DNA from: a virus
Lineage: Duplodnaviria; Heunggongvirae; Uroviricota; Caudoviricetes
DNA length: 50,148 nt
Virus record (IMG/VR): IMGVR_UViG_3300032050_000035
Reading direction: 5' to 3' (one strand)
The notes below the pieces were generated by a model that saw nothing but the letters and a program-made list of their open reading frames with translations, was not told the DNA's origin and searched no databases. How positions within the stretch are numbered: the stretch's first letter is position 1; each line of letters starts with the position of its first letter. The position numbers and the translations under genes are program-made. Shown piece after piece: positions 27,105 through 36,244 of this stretch.

Positions 27105-28094
27105 ATGAAAATAAAAAATAATATGCAATCAGAAAAAACCATACAATTCTTAAAAAAATTAAAAGAGAGTGGTAATTGGAATGATAATTATGATTACTCT
27201 GAAGTTAATTATATTTCAAACAGAGATAAAATAATTATAATTGATCAATATAATATAAAACATCTAATAACACCTTCAAATATACTTAAAGGTACTAATC
27301 TAAATATAACAAATTCATTAGATAAAAATCTATATCTGAAAAATAAATTTCAAGAAATACATAAGAATAAATATGATTACTCCAAAATTAATTACGTTAA
27401 CAACGAGACTCTTGTTGAAATAATATGTCCTGAACATGGTGTTTTTGAGCAAACACCCAATACACACACTAGTGGAAGCGGTTGTCCAAAGTGTGGAATT
27501 ATTAGAAATGGAGATAGTAAAAGAAAAAATATTAATGATTTCATAAAAGAGTCAAATGTTTCTCATAACAATAAATATGATTACTCACTAGTGAAATATA
27601 AAAACTCAACAACTAAAGTTAAAATAATATGTCCGGAACATGGAGAATTTGAGCAAACTCCAAGTAAACATATAAATGGACAAGGTTGTGTTAGATGTTC
27701 TAAGATAAACAATATTGAAGATTTTATAAAAAAATCAAATGATATACACCGTGGTAAATATAATTATTCACTTGTAGAATATAAAAACTCAACAACTAAA
27801 GTTAAAATAATATGTCCTGAACATGGTGAGTTTGAGCAGTCACCAAATACACATCATAATGGAGGTGGTTGTATTAAATGTTATGGTAATCAAAATACCA
27901 CAATTGAAGAATTCATTTCAAGGTCCAATAAAATACATCAAAGTAAATATAATTATTCTAAATCAGAATATAAAAATTCACACACAAAATTAACAATAAT
28001 ATGTCCAGAACATGGTGAGTTTGATTTGCTAGGAAATTGCCCCTCAATCACCAGCAAATCATTTAAGTGGGAAAGGATGTTATATATGCAATAA
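27105..28094 (+). CDS. Tandem Cys/His (putative zinc-binding) repeat protein; probably the N-terminal part of the downstream helicase gene
   Basis: Repeats of YxYS...IICPEHGxFEQxPxxHxxGxGCxxC; the last repeat is broken at 28026-28044 and continues in the +1 frame. Confidence 0.75.
   Translation: MKIKNNMQSEKTIQFLKKLKESGNWNDNYDYSEVNYISNRDKIIIIDQYNIKHLITPSNILKGTNLNITNSLDKNLYLKNKFQEIHKNKYDYSKINYVNNETLVEIICPEHGVFEQTPNTHTSGSGCPKCGIIRNGDSKRKNINDFIKESNVSHNNKYDYSLVKYKNSTTKVKIICPEHGEFEQTPSKHINGQGCVRCSKINNIEDFIKKSNDIHRGKYNYSLVEYKNSTTKVKIICPEHGEFEQSPNTHHNGGGCIKCYGNQNTTIEEFISRSNKIHQSKYNYSKSEYKNSHTKLTIICPEHGEFDLLGNCPSITSKSFKWERMLYMQ
27597..27817 (+). repeat. 38-nt exact direct repeat within the Cys/His-repeat gene
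   Basis: TATAAAAACTCAACAACTAAAGTTAAAATAATATGTCC at 27597-27634 and 27780-27817. Confidence 0.85.
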
Positions 28095-28158
28095 GGGATA
28101 TACTAATAAATTAAAATTAAATTTATTAAATACGTTAAGTGAGTCAGATCTATTATCA

Positions 28159-30675
28159 ATGGAACCATTTGAATTATTTATTATTATTGGTCAAGGTAAA
28201 CTACCAGATGATTTTAAATCAATTGCAAATACCGATGCTAACTCGGAAGAAAGACTTCTATCCATAAAAGAATTGAAAATGGAACTTGAAAGAGAAATTG
28301 AATTAGAAGATAATAACCTAGTGGAAGTTGTAAATGAAAAATCTACAAATGATAATAATTCTCTTTTAACAAATGAAATCAATCAAATCGATGATATTGA
28401 TGATGATATAATGAATTCTAAAAATGAAGATAAAAAATTACCATCAATGGTTGGTATGAATGATTTTCACACACTAGATAATGATTACTATGCAAGAATG
28501 GATGAAGAAGCATTCAACTCATTAATTAATTTTAAAACTCAAAGAATGTGGAATGGAGTTTTGAATAAAATTTTAAATGTTGATGATATTAAAAATGAGA
28601 GTGGTGGGAAATATTTTACTATAATAAAAAATAACTTTATAAATGAGTATAATGATGTTATTAAAATTAAAGTACCCAATGATTATAAAAATCACACACC
28701 CAATTTAATGCAAAAATTAACAATTCATAGACTATTAACATCAGATTCAAAATCTTTACTAAATCTATCCGGTACAGGAGCTGGTAAAACAATAGCTATG
28801 ATTTTAGCTAGTAGAATTATAAATTCTAAAATAAGTATTATAATTGCATTAAACTCAACAGTTGAACAAATATCAAATGAGATAGTAAAATCTTTTCCTA
28901 ATAGTTTAGTATTTACTGAACATGAGATCGGACGAGTTTATGATGTTAATGAACATAATTATTTAGTTTTAAATTATGAAAAATTTCAACAATCATATTC
29001 AGAAGAAGTTTATCAAGATTTGACAAATAAAAATATTATAGACTTTGTTGGTATTGATGAATTACAGAATGTTAAACAAAGAGGTGAAGATGAATCAGTA
29101 AGAAGAGGCGTTTTGAAGAAATTAATTGGTCGTGTTAGAGATAAAAATAAAAACTCATACATTTTAGGTATGTCAGCAACACCAGTTATAAATAATTTGA
29201 GTGAAGCTAAGTCTCTATTGGAGATTGTTACTTTAAAAGATTATAGTGACTTAAATACACATAAAAGTATATCAAATGCACTTAGAGTATATCAACAATT
29301 TTTATTAAATGGAATTAGATATCTACCACAGTATGAGATTGAATTAGATAAAAAGTATATCGAAATTGATGGTTCTGACTTAATCGATGATATATTAAAA
29401 CTACCAAAGAATGATTTTATCTCGTTAGAAAAATTACTCTTACCAAAGAAATTAGAATCCGTTAGAGAATTTCTAAAAAAAGGAGTATGTATTTATACAT
29501 ACTATGTTGACGGATTTAAGAACGAAATATATGATTTTGTGACAAAAAATGGATTTACTTGTGTTTGTTGCACTGGTGAAGAAAATGGAATTATAAATAT
29601 AGATGGTGTTGAAATGTCTATAAGAGAGTATAACTTAAAAAAGTTTATAAAAGGTGAAGTTGATATTATTATTGGTTCAAAACCAATAACAACCGGTGTT
29701 GATGGATTGCAAAATGTTTGCAATACCTTGATAGAAATCACACAACCTTGGACAAACTCAGATGAAAAACAGTTACATGGTAGATTTATTAGACAAGGAT
29801 CATCTTTTGATAAGGTAACTGTTATAATACCACAAGTTAAAATTGATATAGATGATAAAGTTTGGTCATGGGATAAACAGAGAACAAATTTAATAGAAAA
29901 TAAAAGAACTTTAGCTGATTTAGCAGTTGATGGTAAAATACCTTCAAAAATATTACCAAGTAGAGAAACTATGTTCAATAAGTCTATTGAATCATTACAA
30001 TCATGGAAAGACAGAGTTAACAAAGGTGATATAATTAATGGTGATAGAAGAAACATAAATATTAATTTATATCCAGAATTGGATGAAGAGAAAAGATTAA
30101 TAAAAATTGAATCAGAATTATCTGAATTTAATAGAAGAGGGAAAATAACTCGTTCATCTACAATGAATAAAGAATTCAACAACAATCCAGATTCTTGGTT
30201 TAGATATCATTCTCTTAGAAGAGAAAGTATGAAAGATTGGACTGAGATACCATATGAGTATATTGCTACTAAAATTAAAAACAAAAATCATCGTGTTGTT
30301 GATTTTGGATGTGGTGAAAATTTATTCAAAAATTTTATACCAAATAATGAGGTAATATCATTTGATCATATAGCAATAGATGATAATGTTATTGCATGTG
30401 ATATGAGTGATGTTAGTGAATATTTGAGTGATGAAAGTGTTGATGTTTGTGTTTTTAGTTTATCACTATGGGGTACAAATTATAAAGATTATATTAAAGA
30501 AGCTTATCGTGTTTTAAACTGGAATGGTAATATTTATATAGCAGAACCATCTAAAAATTATGAAACACAAGAGGATGAAAAGGAATTAATAGACTTAATA
30601 AAAGAATTTGGATTTGAAATTGTTGGTGGTATCGAAAAGAGAAGTAAGTTTATTTACATAAGAGGTATAAAATAA
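28159..30675 (+). CDS. Superfamily 2 helicase fused to a C-terminal Rrp8-like class I SAM methyltransferase
   Basis: SGTGAGKT, IDELQ, MSATP, TGVDGLQ, QLHGRFIRQG; then RYH, VVDFGCGE, VIACDM, DESVDVCVFSLSLWGTN, EAYRVL..IYIAE. Confidence 0.85.
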   Translation: MEPFELFIIIGQGKLPDDFKSIANTDANSEERLLSIKELKMELEREIELEDNNLVEVVNEKSTNDNNSLLTNEINQIDDIDDDIMNSKNEDKKLPSMVGMNDFHTLDNDYYARMDEEAFNSLINFKTQRMWNGVLNKILNVDDIKNESGGKYFTIIKNNFINEYNDVIKIKVPNDYKNHTPNLMQKLTIHRLLTSDSKSLLNLSGTGAGKTIAMILASRIINSKISIIIALNSTVEQISNEIVKSFPNSLVFTEHEIGRVYDVNEHNYLVLNYEKFQQSYSEEVYQDLTNKNIIDFVGIDELQNVKQRGEDESVRRGVLKKLIGRVRDKNKNSYILGMSATPVINNLSEAKSLLEIVTLKDYSDLNTHKSISNALRVYQQFLLNGIRYLPQYEIELDKKYIEIDGSDLIDDILKLPKNDFISLEKLLLPKKLESVREFLKKGVCIYTYYVDGFKNEIYDFVTKNGFTCVCCTGEENGIINIDGVEMSIREYNLKKFIKGEVDIIIGSKPITTGVDGLQNVCNTLIEITQPWTNSDEKQLHGRFIRQGSSFDKVTVIIPQVKIDIDDKVWSWDKQRTNLIENKRTLADLAVDGKIPSKILPSRETMFNKSIESLQSWKDRVNKGDIINGDRRNININLYPELDEEKRLIKIESELSEFNRRGKITRSSTMNKEFNNNPDSWFRYHSLRRESMKDWTEIPYEYIATKIKNKNHRVVDFGCGENLFKNFIPNNEVISFDHIAIDDNVIACDMSDVSEYLSDESVDVCVFSLSLWGTNYKDYIKEAYRVLNWNGNIYIAEPSKNYETQEDEKELIDLIKEFGFEIVGGIEKRSKFIYIRGIK

Positions 30676-30681
30676 AAAATT

Positions 30682-31401
30682 ATGAAAAAACAATATGTTT
30701 ACATTGGTCAGTTCTACCATATAAAAAATAAAGAACTACCACTTGATTATAAGTTTGGAGTTACTGATGATCTAGAACAAAGAGAATATTCGTTAGGTCG
30801 TACAAAATCACCTATAAAGTATATGATTTTAAAAGCTTGGGAATTACCATTAAACGTCAAAAGAGAAAAGGTTGAAAAGATGATTGCCTTAATTTTTGAT
30901 GAAAATAAGTATGATGGTTGTGAGTGGTATGATGTTGATGGTGAAACTTTTCAAGGTAAAATAAAGGAGTTATTTGAAATAATATCAGATATGATTGATG
31001 ACCTCAATTTCACTTTTGTTGAAGTAGATTTAGATAAAAATAGTGACGGTGATATTGTTGAAAAAGAAATTGAAAAAGAAATAAGAACTGGTAAAAAAGC
31101 ACCTTGGACAAATTTGGAGGTTAATATAGAAGGTAACCTAATAAAACTTGATAGTGCTAAATCAACATATGGTAAATCAATTGAAGAAATTTTAAAAACT
31201 ATTGATCCTGTACAGTTCTCTATTGATTTCCCAAGAATATTTAAATTGAATAAAAGTGATTATCCTGAGTATAAATGGTCTTCTCTTCTCAAAATTGGAG
31301 ATTTTTATTTAGATACATATACAAACACGGCTCAAAAGAAAAGAGATATTTGTAACGCTCTTACTAAATATAATATTAAAGGTGAAGTTCAAATTTATTA
31401 A
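30682..31401 (+). CDS. GIY-YIG-like (T5orf172-type) nuclease domain protein
   Basis: YVYIG...YKFGVTDDLEQREYSL...E...CEWY. Confidence 0.65.
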   Translation: MKKQYVYIGQFYHIKNKELPLDYKFGVTDDLEQREYSLGRTKSPIKYMILKAWELPLNVKREKVEKMIALIFDENKYDGCEWYDVDGETFQGKIKELFEIISDMIDDLNFTFVEVDLDKNSDGDIVEKEIEKEIRTGKKAPWTNLEVNIEGNLIKLDSAKSTYGKSIEEILKTIDPVQFSIDFPRIFKLNKSDYPEYKWSSLLKIGDFYLDTYTNTAQKKRDICNALTKYNIKGEVQIY

Positions 31402-31404
31402 AAT

Positions 31405-31434
31405 AAAAAAAGAGAGACTAAGTCTCTCTTTTTT
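31405..31434. terminator. Bidirectional intrinsic terminator
   Basis: AAAAAAAGAGAGACT-A-AGTCTCTCTTTTTT. Confidence 0.85.
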
Positions 31435-31753
31435 AACTTCTTAAAATTCAGCAAATCTCCCCCAACCTATACTATAAGAAATATTTTTATCTAAAGTTCC
31501 ATAAGTAGTTGTTAAATAAGCTATATTAATGCTGGATTTAGCTTATCAACATTAGGAACAATTTTATATGTTTCTCCGGTTATAACTAATTCTGAAATTG
31601 GTGGTAGCTCTGGTTCCATTGCTAATATATTTAGTTTTGGTTTAATTTTAGTTGGTTCGTTCTATATGGTGGAAAGTCATGTTCATGTTTATAGAGCTGG
31701 TATAATTCTAGATGAGAGAGGTGTTGGTTTATCTATACCAATAAATAAAAAAT

Positions 31754-31783
31754 AAAAAAGAGAGTTAAAAACTCTCTTTTTTT
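31754..31783. terminator. Bidirectional intrinsic terminator
   Basis: AAAAAAGAGAGT-TAAAA-ACTCTCTTTTTT. Confidence 0.8.
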
Positions 31784-32270
31784 ATGCTTCTGTTGTTGTT
31801 TCTACTTTTACTGTTTCTGTTTCAACTTCAAAATAAAGTTCTTTTTCTTTAAGAACTGAAACAATATTTTCAGTGATTTCGAATTTGTCAACTAAATAAA
31901 CAACTTCCATTTTACCAATCACTAAGTCAATTCCGTTTGATTTAGAATATTCCTCAATGATTTCTGATAATTCATCAAAAGTCTTTTTATTTAAATCTTC
32001 GTGCATTTTTTTCATCTCTACTTTAAATCTGTTATCAATTCCCATTGCTTGATCTTGTAGAGATCTAAATCTTTCTTCTTTTTCTTTTTGAGTTTTCTCG
32101 TCAATGATTAATCCAGAACTCATTTGAGAAATAATACTCTCCATTTCTTTTTTAACTGGATCTAAACTTTTAATAAATGAGTTTTTTTCCTCTTCAATTT
32201 TCTTAATACCTTCTTGATAATTCTTGTAATGTTTAGTTAGAATTTCAAAATCAACTACTCTAAATTCCAT
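31782..32270 (-). CDS. Skp/OmpH-like chaperone lacking a signal peptide
   Basis: FRVVDFEIL start, long coiled coil, IEEYSKSNGIDLVI...VYLVDKFEITENIV end, typical of OmpH. Confidence 0.75.
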   Translation of the reverse strand: MEFRVVDFEILTKHYKNYQEGIKKIEEEKNSFIKSLDPVKKEMESIISQMSSGLIIDEKTQKEKEERFRSLQDQAMGIDNRFKVEMKKMHEDLNKKTFDELSEIIEEYSKSNGIDLVIGKMEVVYLVDKFEITENIVSVLKEKELYFEVETETVKVETTTEA

Positions 32271-32314
32271 ATATAATAAATTTTTTATTATTATATATCA
32301 AAATACTTGTTTGT

Positions 32315-33628
32315 TTAGCTTATTAAATAGTTAACTGCGTTTCTATAACGATAGTATAAATTCATTTCTTCTGAAACATTAAAGTCAATACTCATAAACA
32401 AACTACTAACAGTAGATCCTCTTTTAGTTGCTTTTAAGAATGTTCTTTTTTTACCAAGTTTACGTGCTAAATCTGAGTTTCTGTAATAGATATTTATATC
32501 CTCTTCGAGTTGTTTTATATCACCTAAGTAAAAATCTATTTTATATGTTTGAGTTTGTGCTGATGTTTCATCCACATTTACTGATTTAGCAGTTACTATG
32601 TAACTTGTTCCAAACTCCGAGAAAGGATTTATAACAAGTGGTATTTTATACCCACCACCCATAAAATAACTATAAGTACCTGAATCTATTTGAGTGTAAT
32701 ATTCTAAATTAACAGGATTGCCATTGACATATTTAACCATTTGAAACTTTATGTCATATAAATATGGACCGGTTGCTCCAGTCACCAACGGATTATTAGT
32801 AAATTTCATAGCAACAACATTATTATAATAACTAAATGATAAGTAAGATTGGGTAGCAGATTCTACTGGACCTGAGTAAGTCATTGAAATATATTGATAA
32901 TAATCAGTTTCTCTATCTGTTAATACATCAATCTCTTCAATTTTACCAATAAAATTATCTTTACTTAAATTGAATGAGTATGTTTCTTTAACATAAGGAT
33001 CTCTTGCGTAAGTTGTTATTAAATAATCTGATCCATGATCAATTGGTATAGTTGTTTTGTATGATGATTGTGTTAAATAACTCCAAGTACCAGATGATAT
33101 TGAATGGTAATCAAAGAGGTCTATTGGACTTCTAGTTCCATTTTGAGATTGCCACTCAACTCTTTTAAGATCTATATTATATGTATTTGGGTTATCTATA
33201 TTTATATAAAGGTCATTGCTATAAGTAAATGAAATCTGAGATTGTGATCCAGATAATGAATAAGTTGATGTCAATGGACCTGAAAAAGTTAATGATAAAT
33301 ATTTAGGATCATCTGAGTAAACATCAAATCCATTCTGATAGACATTTTTTTGTTTATAAAATATTTTTAACTTTTGTTGTAAGGGTGTTATTGTTTGAAA
33401 GCAAATTGACTCCCAAGTAGCATTTTTCATTTCATTAACAGTTCTATAATTAGATACTTCAATATGATATCTAAGTAGTAGAGTTATTTTGAAATAATTA
33501 TAATCACCTTTAGCTACTATTTCATCTACCAATTTTTTATATTCCATAAAATTATCTCTACCTCCAATTGCTAAGGCATTGATAGTTCTATATATCTTGA
33601 ATATTTTATTTTTTTCGTTTTTAGTCAT
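32315..33628 (-). CDS. Hypothetical protein with an internal tandem duplication of a Ser/Tyr-rich beta domain
   Basis: LTFSGP...ISSGTWSY..YK vs MTYSGP...IDSGTYSY..YK. Confidence 0.75.
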   Translation of the reverse strand: MTKNEKNKIFKIYRTINALAIGGRDNFMEYKKLVDEIVAKGDYNYFKITLLLRYHIEVSNYRTVNEMKNATWESICFQTITPLQQKLKIFYKQKNVYQNGFDVYSDDPKYLSLTFSGPLTSTYSLSGSQSQISFTYSNDLYINIDNPNTYNIDLKRVEWQSQNGTRSPIDLFDYHSISSGTWSYLTQSSYKTTIPIDHGSDYLITTYARDPYVKETYSFNLSKDNFIGKIEEIDVLTDRETDYYQYISMTYSGPVESATQSYLSFSYYNNVVAMKFTNNPLVTGATGPYLYDIKFQMVKYVNGNPVNLEYYTQIDSGTYSYFMGGGYKIPLVINPFSEFGTSYIVTAKSVNVDETSAQTQTYKIDFYLGDIKQLEEDINIYYRNSDLARKLGKKRTFLKATKRGSTVSSLFMSIDFNVSEEMNLYYRYRNAVNYLIS

Positions 33629-33637
33629 TATAAACTA

Positions 33638-34729
33638 TTATTGTTCTGGTGTAATTATTTTATCAATTTCAGCTACTTTATCTTTGTTTTCTTCTTTACT
33701 TATGAAATCAACATAACTAGCAACTTTCTTAATATCATCTGGTTTTTTAGCTTTCAACTCACCTAATTTTTTAACTAAGTCTTCTTGTCCTTGAGCTTTA
33801 GCCTCTTCAAATTTATAAGAGTCAACTTCTTCACCTTTTTCGTTAACAATTCTTTCTAAGGCTCCAGTTTCGTATTCTTTCATCGGATCTGGTTGACCTT
33901 TTCTTAAAATCTCGGTTAATTTAACTTTGTCTCCTTTTTTAACTTCACCAGCAATTTTTGCTAAAACTTCTTCTCCTTCATCGACTACTAATTTTTTACT
34001 ACCAGATTTAACAACTTGTATATATCCTGGATGTTTAGTTAATAAATCACCTGTTAATTTCTTAATTTCAATTTCAACATCACCCCAATCTAAAACAATG
34101 TTACCACCTTCAGATTCTTCACCACCTTCAATTTTCTTTTCTTCTTTATATTTTTTGATTTGTTCATCAATATACTTGTCATCAGTAACTTTCTTTTTGA
34201 AGTCATCAACAATTGCTTTAATCTCAGCTACACGAGCAGCTTTCTTACCAGCTAAATCTTTAGCCGCTGCCACTTTTTTATCAAACTCCATTTTAAGTTC
34301 TGCCGCTTTTTGTTTAACCATACCTAACATTACACGACCAGCAATCATACCATCTTTGATAGCACCTTCGAGAATTAAATTAACATTAGACTCTTTAACA
34401 GCTTGAATTTCTTTATCAATCTCAACACATTTTTCGTCAAATTCTTTATGAAATTGATCTATTATTTGATTAAGTATTCCTTCGTCTTCAGCTTTGTTTA
34501 TATTGTCTGTTGTGGTTTTTAAAAGACTATCCAACATAGTAGTTAGTTTTTTCTTTAACTCTTCTCTTTTTAATCCTTTTTTGAAATCATCTTTTAGTGA
34601 TTTAAAAGGAGCTGCTATACCACTTAAAAAGTTTTTAAATGCTCCTTTAGCAGCCGCTAATAAAGAACCTAAAAACTCCTCATTTATTTGACTATCTTTA
34701 AATTGTTGATAATTGTTAATTCTCTTCAT
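33638..34729 (-). CDS. Lys/Glu/Ala-rich coiled-coil protein with MKRINNYQQF...INEE leader (putative virion protein)
   Basis: 363 aa ORF; ATATATA motif upstream. Confidence 0.8.
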   Translation of the reverse strand: MKRINNYQQFKDSQINEEFLGSLLAAAKGAFKNFLSGIAAPFKSLKDDFKKGLKREELKKKLTTMLDSLLKTTTDNINKAEDEGILNQIIDQFHKEFDEKCVEIDKEIQAVKESNVNLILEGAIKDGMIAGRVMLGMVKQKAAELKMEFDKKVAAAKDLAGKKAARVAEIKAIVDDFKKKVTDDKYIDEQIKKYKEEKKIEGGEESEGGNIVLDWGDVEIEIKKLTGDLLTKHPGYIQVVKSGSKKLVVDEGEEVLAKIAGEVKKGDKVKLTEILRKGQPDPMKEYETGALERIVNEKGEEVDSYKFEEAKAQGQEDLVKKLGELKAKKPDDIKKVASYVDFISKEENKDKVAEIDKIITPEQ

Positions 34730-34792
34730 AATAAATTTTTTGTTTTATAAACTATATATAAAATTCCACATATAAAAAATAAAATTTTTATC

Positions 34793-35257
34793 ATGAGTAA
34801 TTATTTAAAAGATGTATCAGAGTTTCATAAAACATTTGGAGCACCAATCTTAGATACACCACAAATACCATCTAAAGAAAGATGTGAGTTAAGAGTATCT
34901 TTATTACAAGAAGAACTAAATGAATTAAAAGAAGCAATTGAGAAAGGAGATGTAGTTGAGGTTGCTGACGCACTTGCTGATATTCAGTATGTTCTTTCTG
35001 GAGCTGTTTTAGAGTTTGGGTTAGGTGAAAAATTTGATACTTTATTTGATGAAGTACAAAGAAGTAATATGAGTAAGGCTTGTACATCTCAACAAGAAGC
35101 AATTGAAACATTACTACATTATAAACAAAAGGATGGTACTGAAGGTTTCTATAAAGAAGTTGATGGAAAATGGTTAGTTTATAGAACTGTTGATAACAAA
35201 GTTCTTAAATCTATTAACTACTCACCAGCAAACCTTTCTGATATAATTAATGGATAA
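34793..35257 (+). CDS. MazG-like / all-alpha NTP pyrophosphohydrolase
   Basis: LLQEELNELKEA...VEVADALADIQYV...FDEVQRSNMSK. Confidence 0.88.
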   Translation: MSNYLKDVSEFHKTFGAPILDTPQIPSKERCELRVSLLQEELNELKEAIEKGDVVEVADALADIQYVLSGAVLEFGLGEKFDTLFDEVQRSNMSKACTSQQEAIETLLHYKQKDGTEGFYKEVDGKWLVYRTVDNKVLKSINYSPANLSDIING

Positions 35258-35612
35258 AATTAATGGATATGTTATTCAAAAACTTAGAAATAAGTTAGAA
35301 ATAATTAAAGAACACGGTCAAGAATTGGATAATATAGATGAATTGATACAAAAAATAATTTATAATGAAGACTCAACTTATGGATTTAATGGATGGGGAA
35401 CTTATGAGGTTATTTGGACCACGGACTATAAAAATCCAATTGCAATAAATAAAATGAGTGATGATTGTGTTATAGAAGAAACTAATTCTGGTTATATAGT
35501 AAAAGACCATCTTAAATTCACAAAAATGTTATTTTGGTCACAGATAATTAGATTTGATATAGAAGAATGGAGAGAAGAAAGACTCAATTTAATATTAAAT
35601 GAGAAAGTTTGA
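35250..35612 (+). CDS. Hypothetical protein with C-terminal REERLNLIL motif
   Basis: 120 aa ORF coupled to its neighbours. Confidence 0.75.
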   Translation: MDKINGYVIQKLRNKLEIIKEHGQELDNIDELIQKIIYNEDSTYGFNGWGTYEVIWTTDYKNPIAINKMSDDCVIEETNSGYIVKDHLKFTKMLFWSQIIRFDIEEWREERLNLILNEKV

Positions 35613-35871
35613 TTATAAAAATCTTTTGGAGAGAGAGGCATTTGAATTAGGTGATTATTATGTTACTGGTTTAGATAGATTTAATGAGGGTGATATAGTT
35701 AAGATATATCAACATACTTATGTTAGATTATTAACATTTGATAAAAATGATGAACTATATGTAGTTCATCAAAATCAAATACATAAAAACTTTATAACAA
35801 AAAAACATTGGAGGGATGAGCAAATTAATAGAATTATTGAAAAAGATGACAACAAAGAAACCGGTAATTAA
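35599..35871 (+). CDS. Hypothetical protein with C-terminal RDEQINRII motif
   Basis: 90 aa ORF. Confidence 0.72.
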   Translation: MRKFDYKNLLEREAFELGDYYVTGLDRFNEGDIVKIYQHTYVRLLTFDKNDELYVVHQNQIHKNFITKKHWRDEQINRIIEKDDNKETGN

Positions 35872-36181
35872 TAAGTCTAAAATTGAAAAAGAATTCAAGT
35901 CTTTTAAAAATAAGTTTCATGGTCAAAATAAGATATGGTTTGATGCTCTCCCGGAAAAAAAACAATTAGATCTTCTTTATGATTGGAAAGAGTATAAATG
36001 GGCTAATAAGAATAACATAAGACGCACCAAAATTATTTCTAATGGATATTCAACAGTTAAAATCAAATCTTATCCTCCAAGTTTTAAGTATTTTATAATT
36101 GGTTGTAAGTCAACTTGGAAGTATAGAGTTAAAAAAGAAGATATGAGAGATAAAACAATTGATTTCTTACTCGGTAGATAA
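35816..36181 (+). CDS. Hypothetical protein with C-terminal RDKTIDFLL motif
   Basis: Basic ORF; the true start is probably an internal ATG (MTTKK). Confidence 0.7.
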   Translation: MSKLIELLKKMTTKKPVINKSKIEKEFKSFKNKFHGQNKIWFDALPEKKQLDLLYDWKEYKWANKNNIRRTKIISNGYSTVKIKSYPPSFKYFIIGCKSTWKYRVKKEDMRDKTIDFLLGR

Positions 36182-36244
36182 TTCAAAATTTATAAAATAT
36201 TATTATTACATGTAGTAGGAGGTTATGATATAAATAATATATAA

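Noticed and set aside
36217-36233. AGGAGG Shine-Dalgarno followed by ATG ATA TAA
   Set aside because: Single occurrence giving a 2-codon ORF; cannot be distinguished from chance
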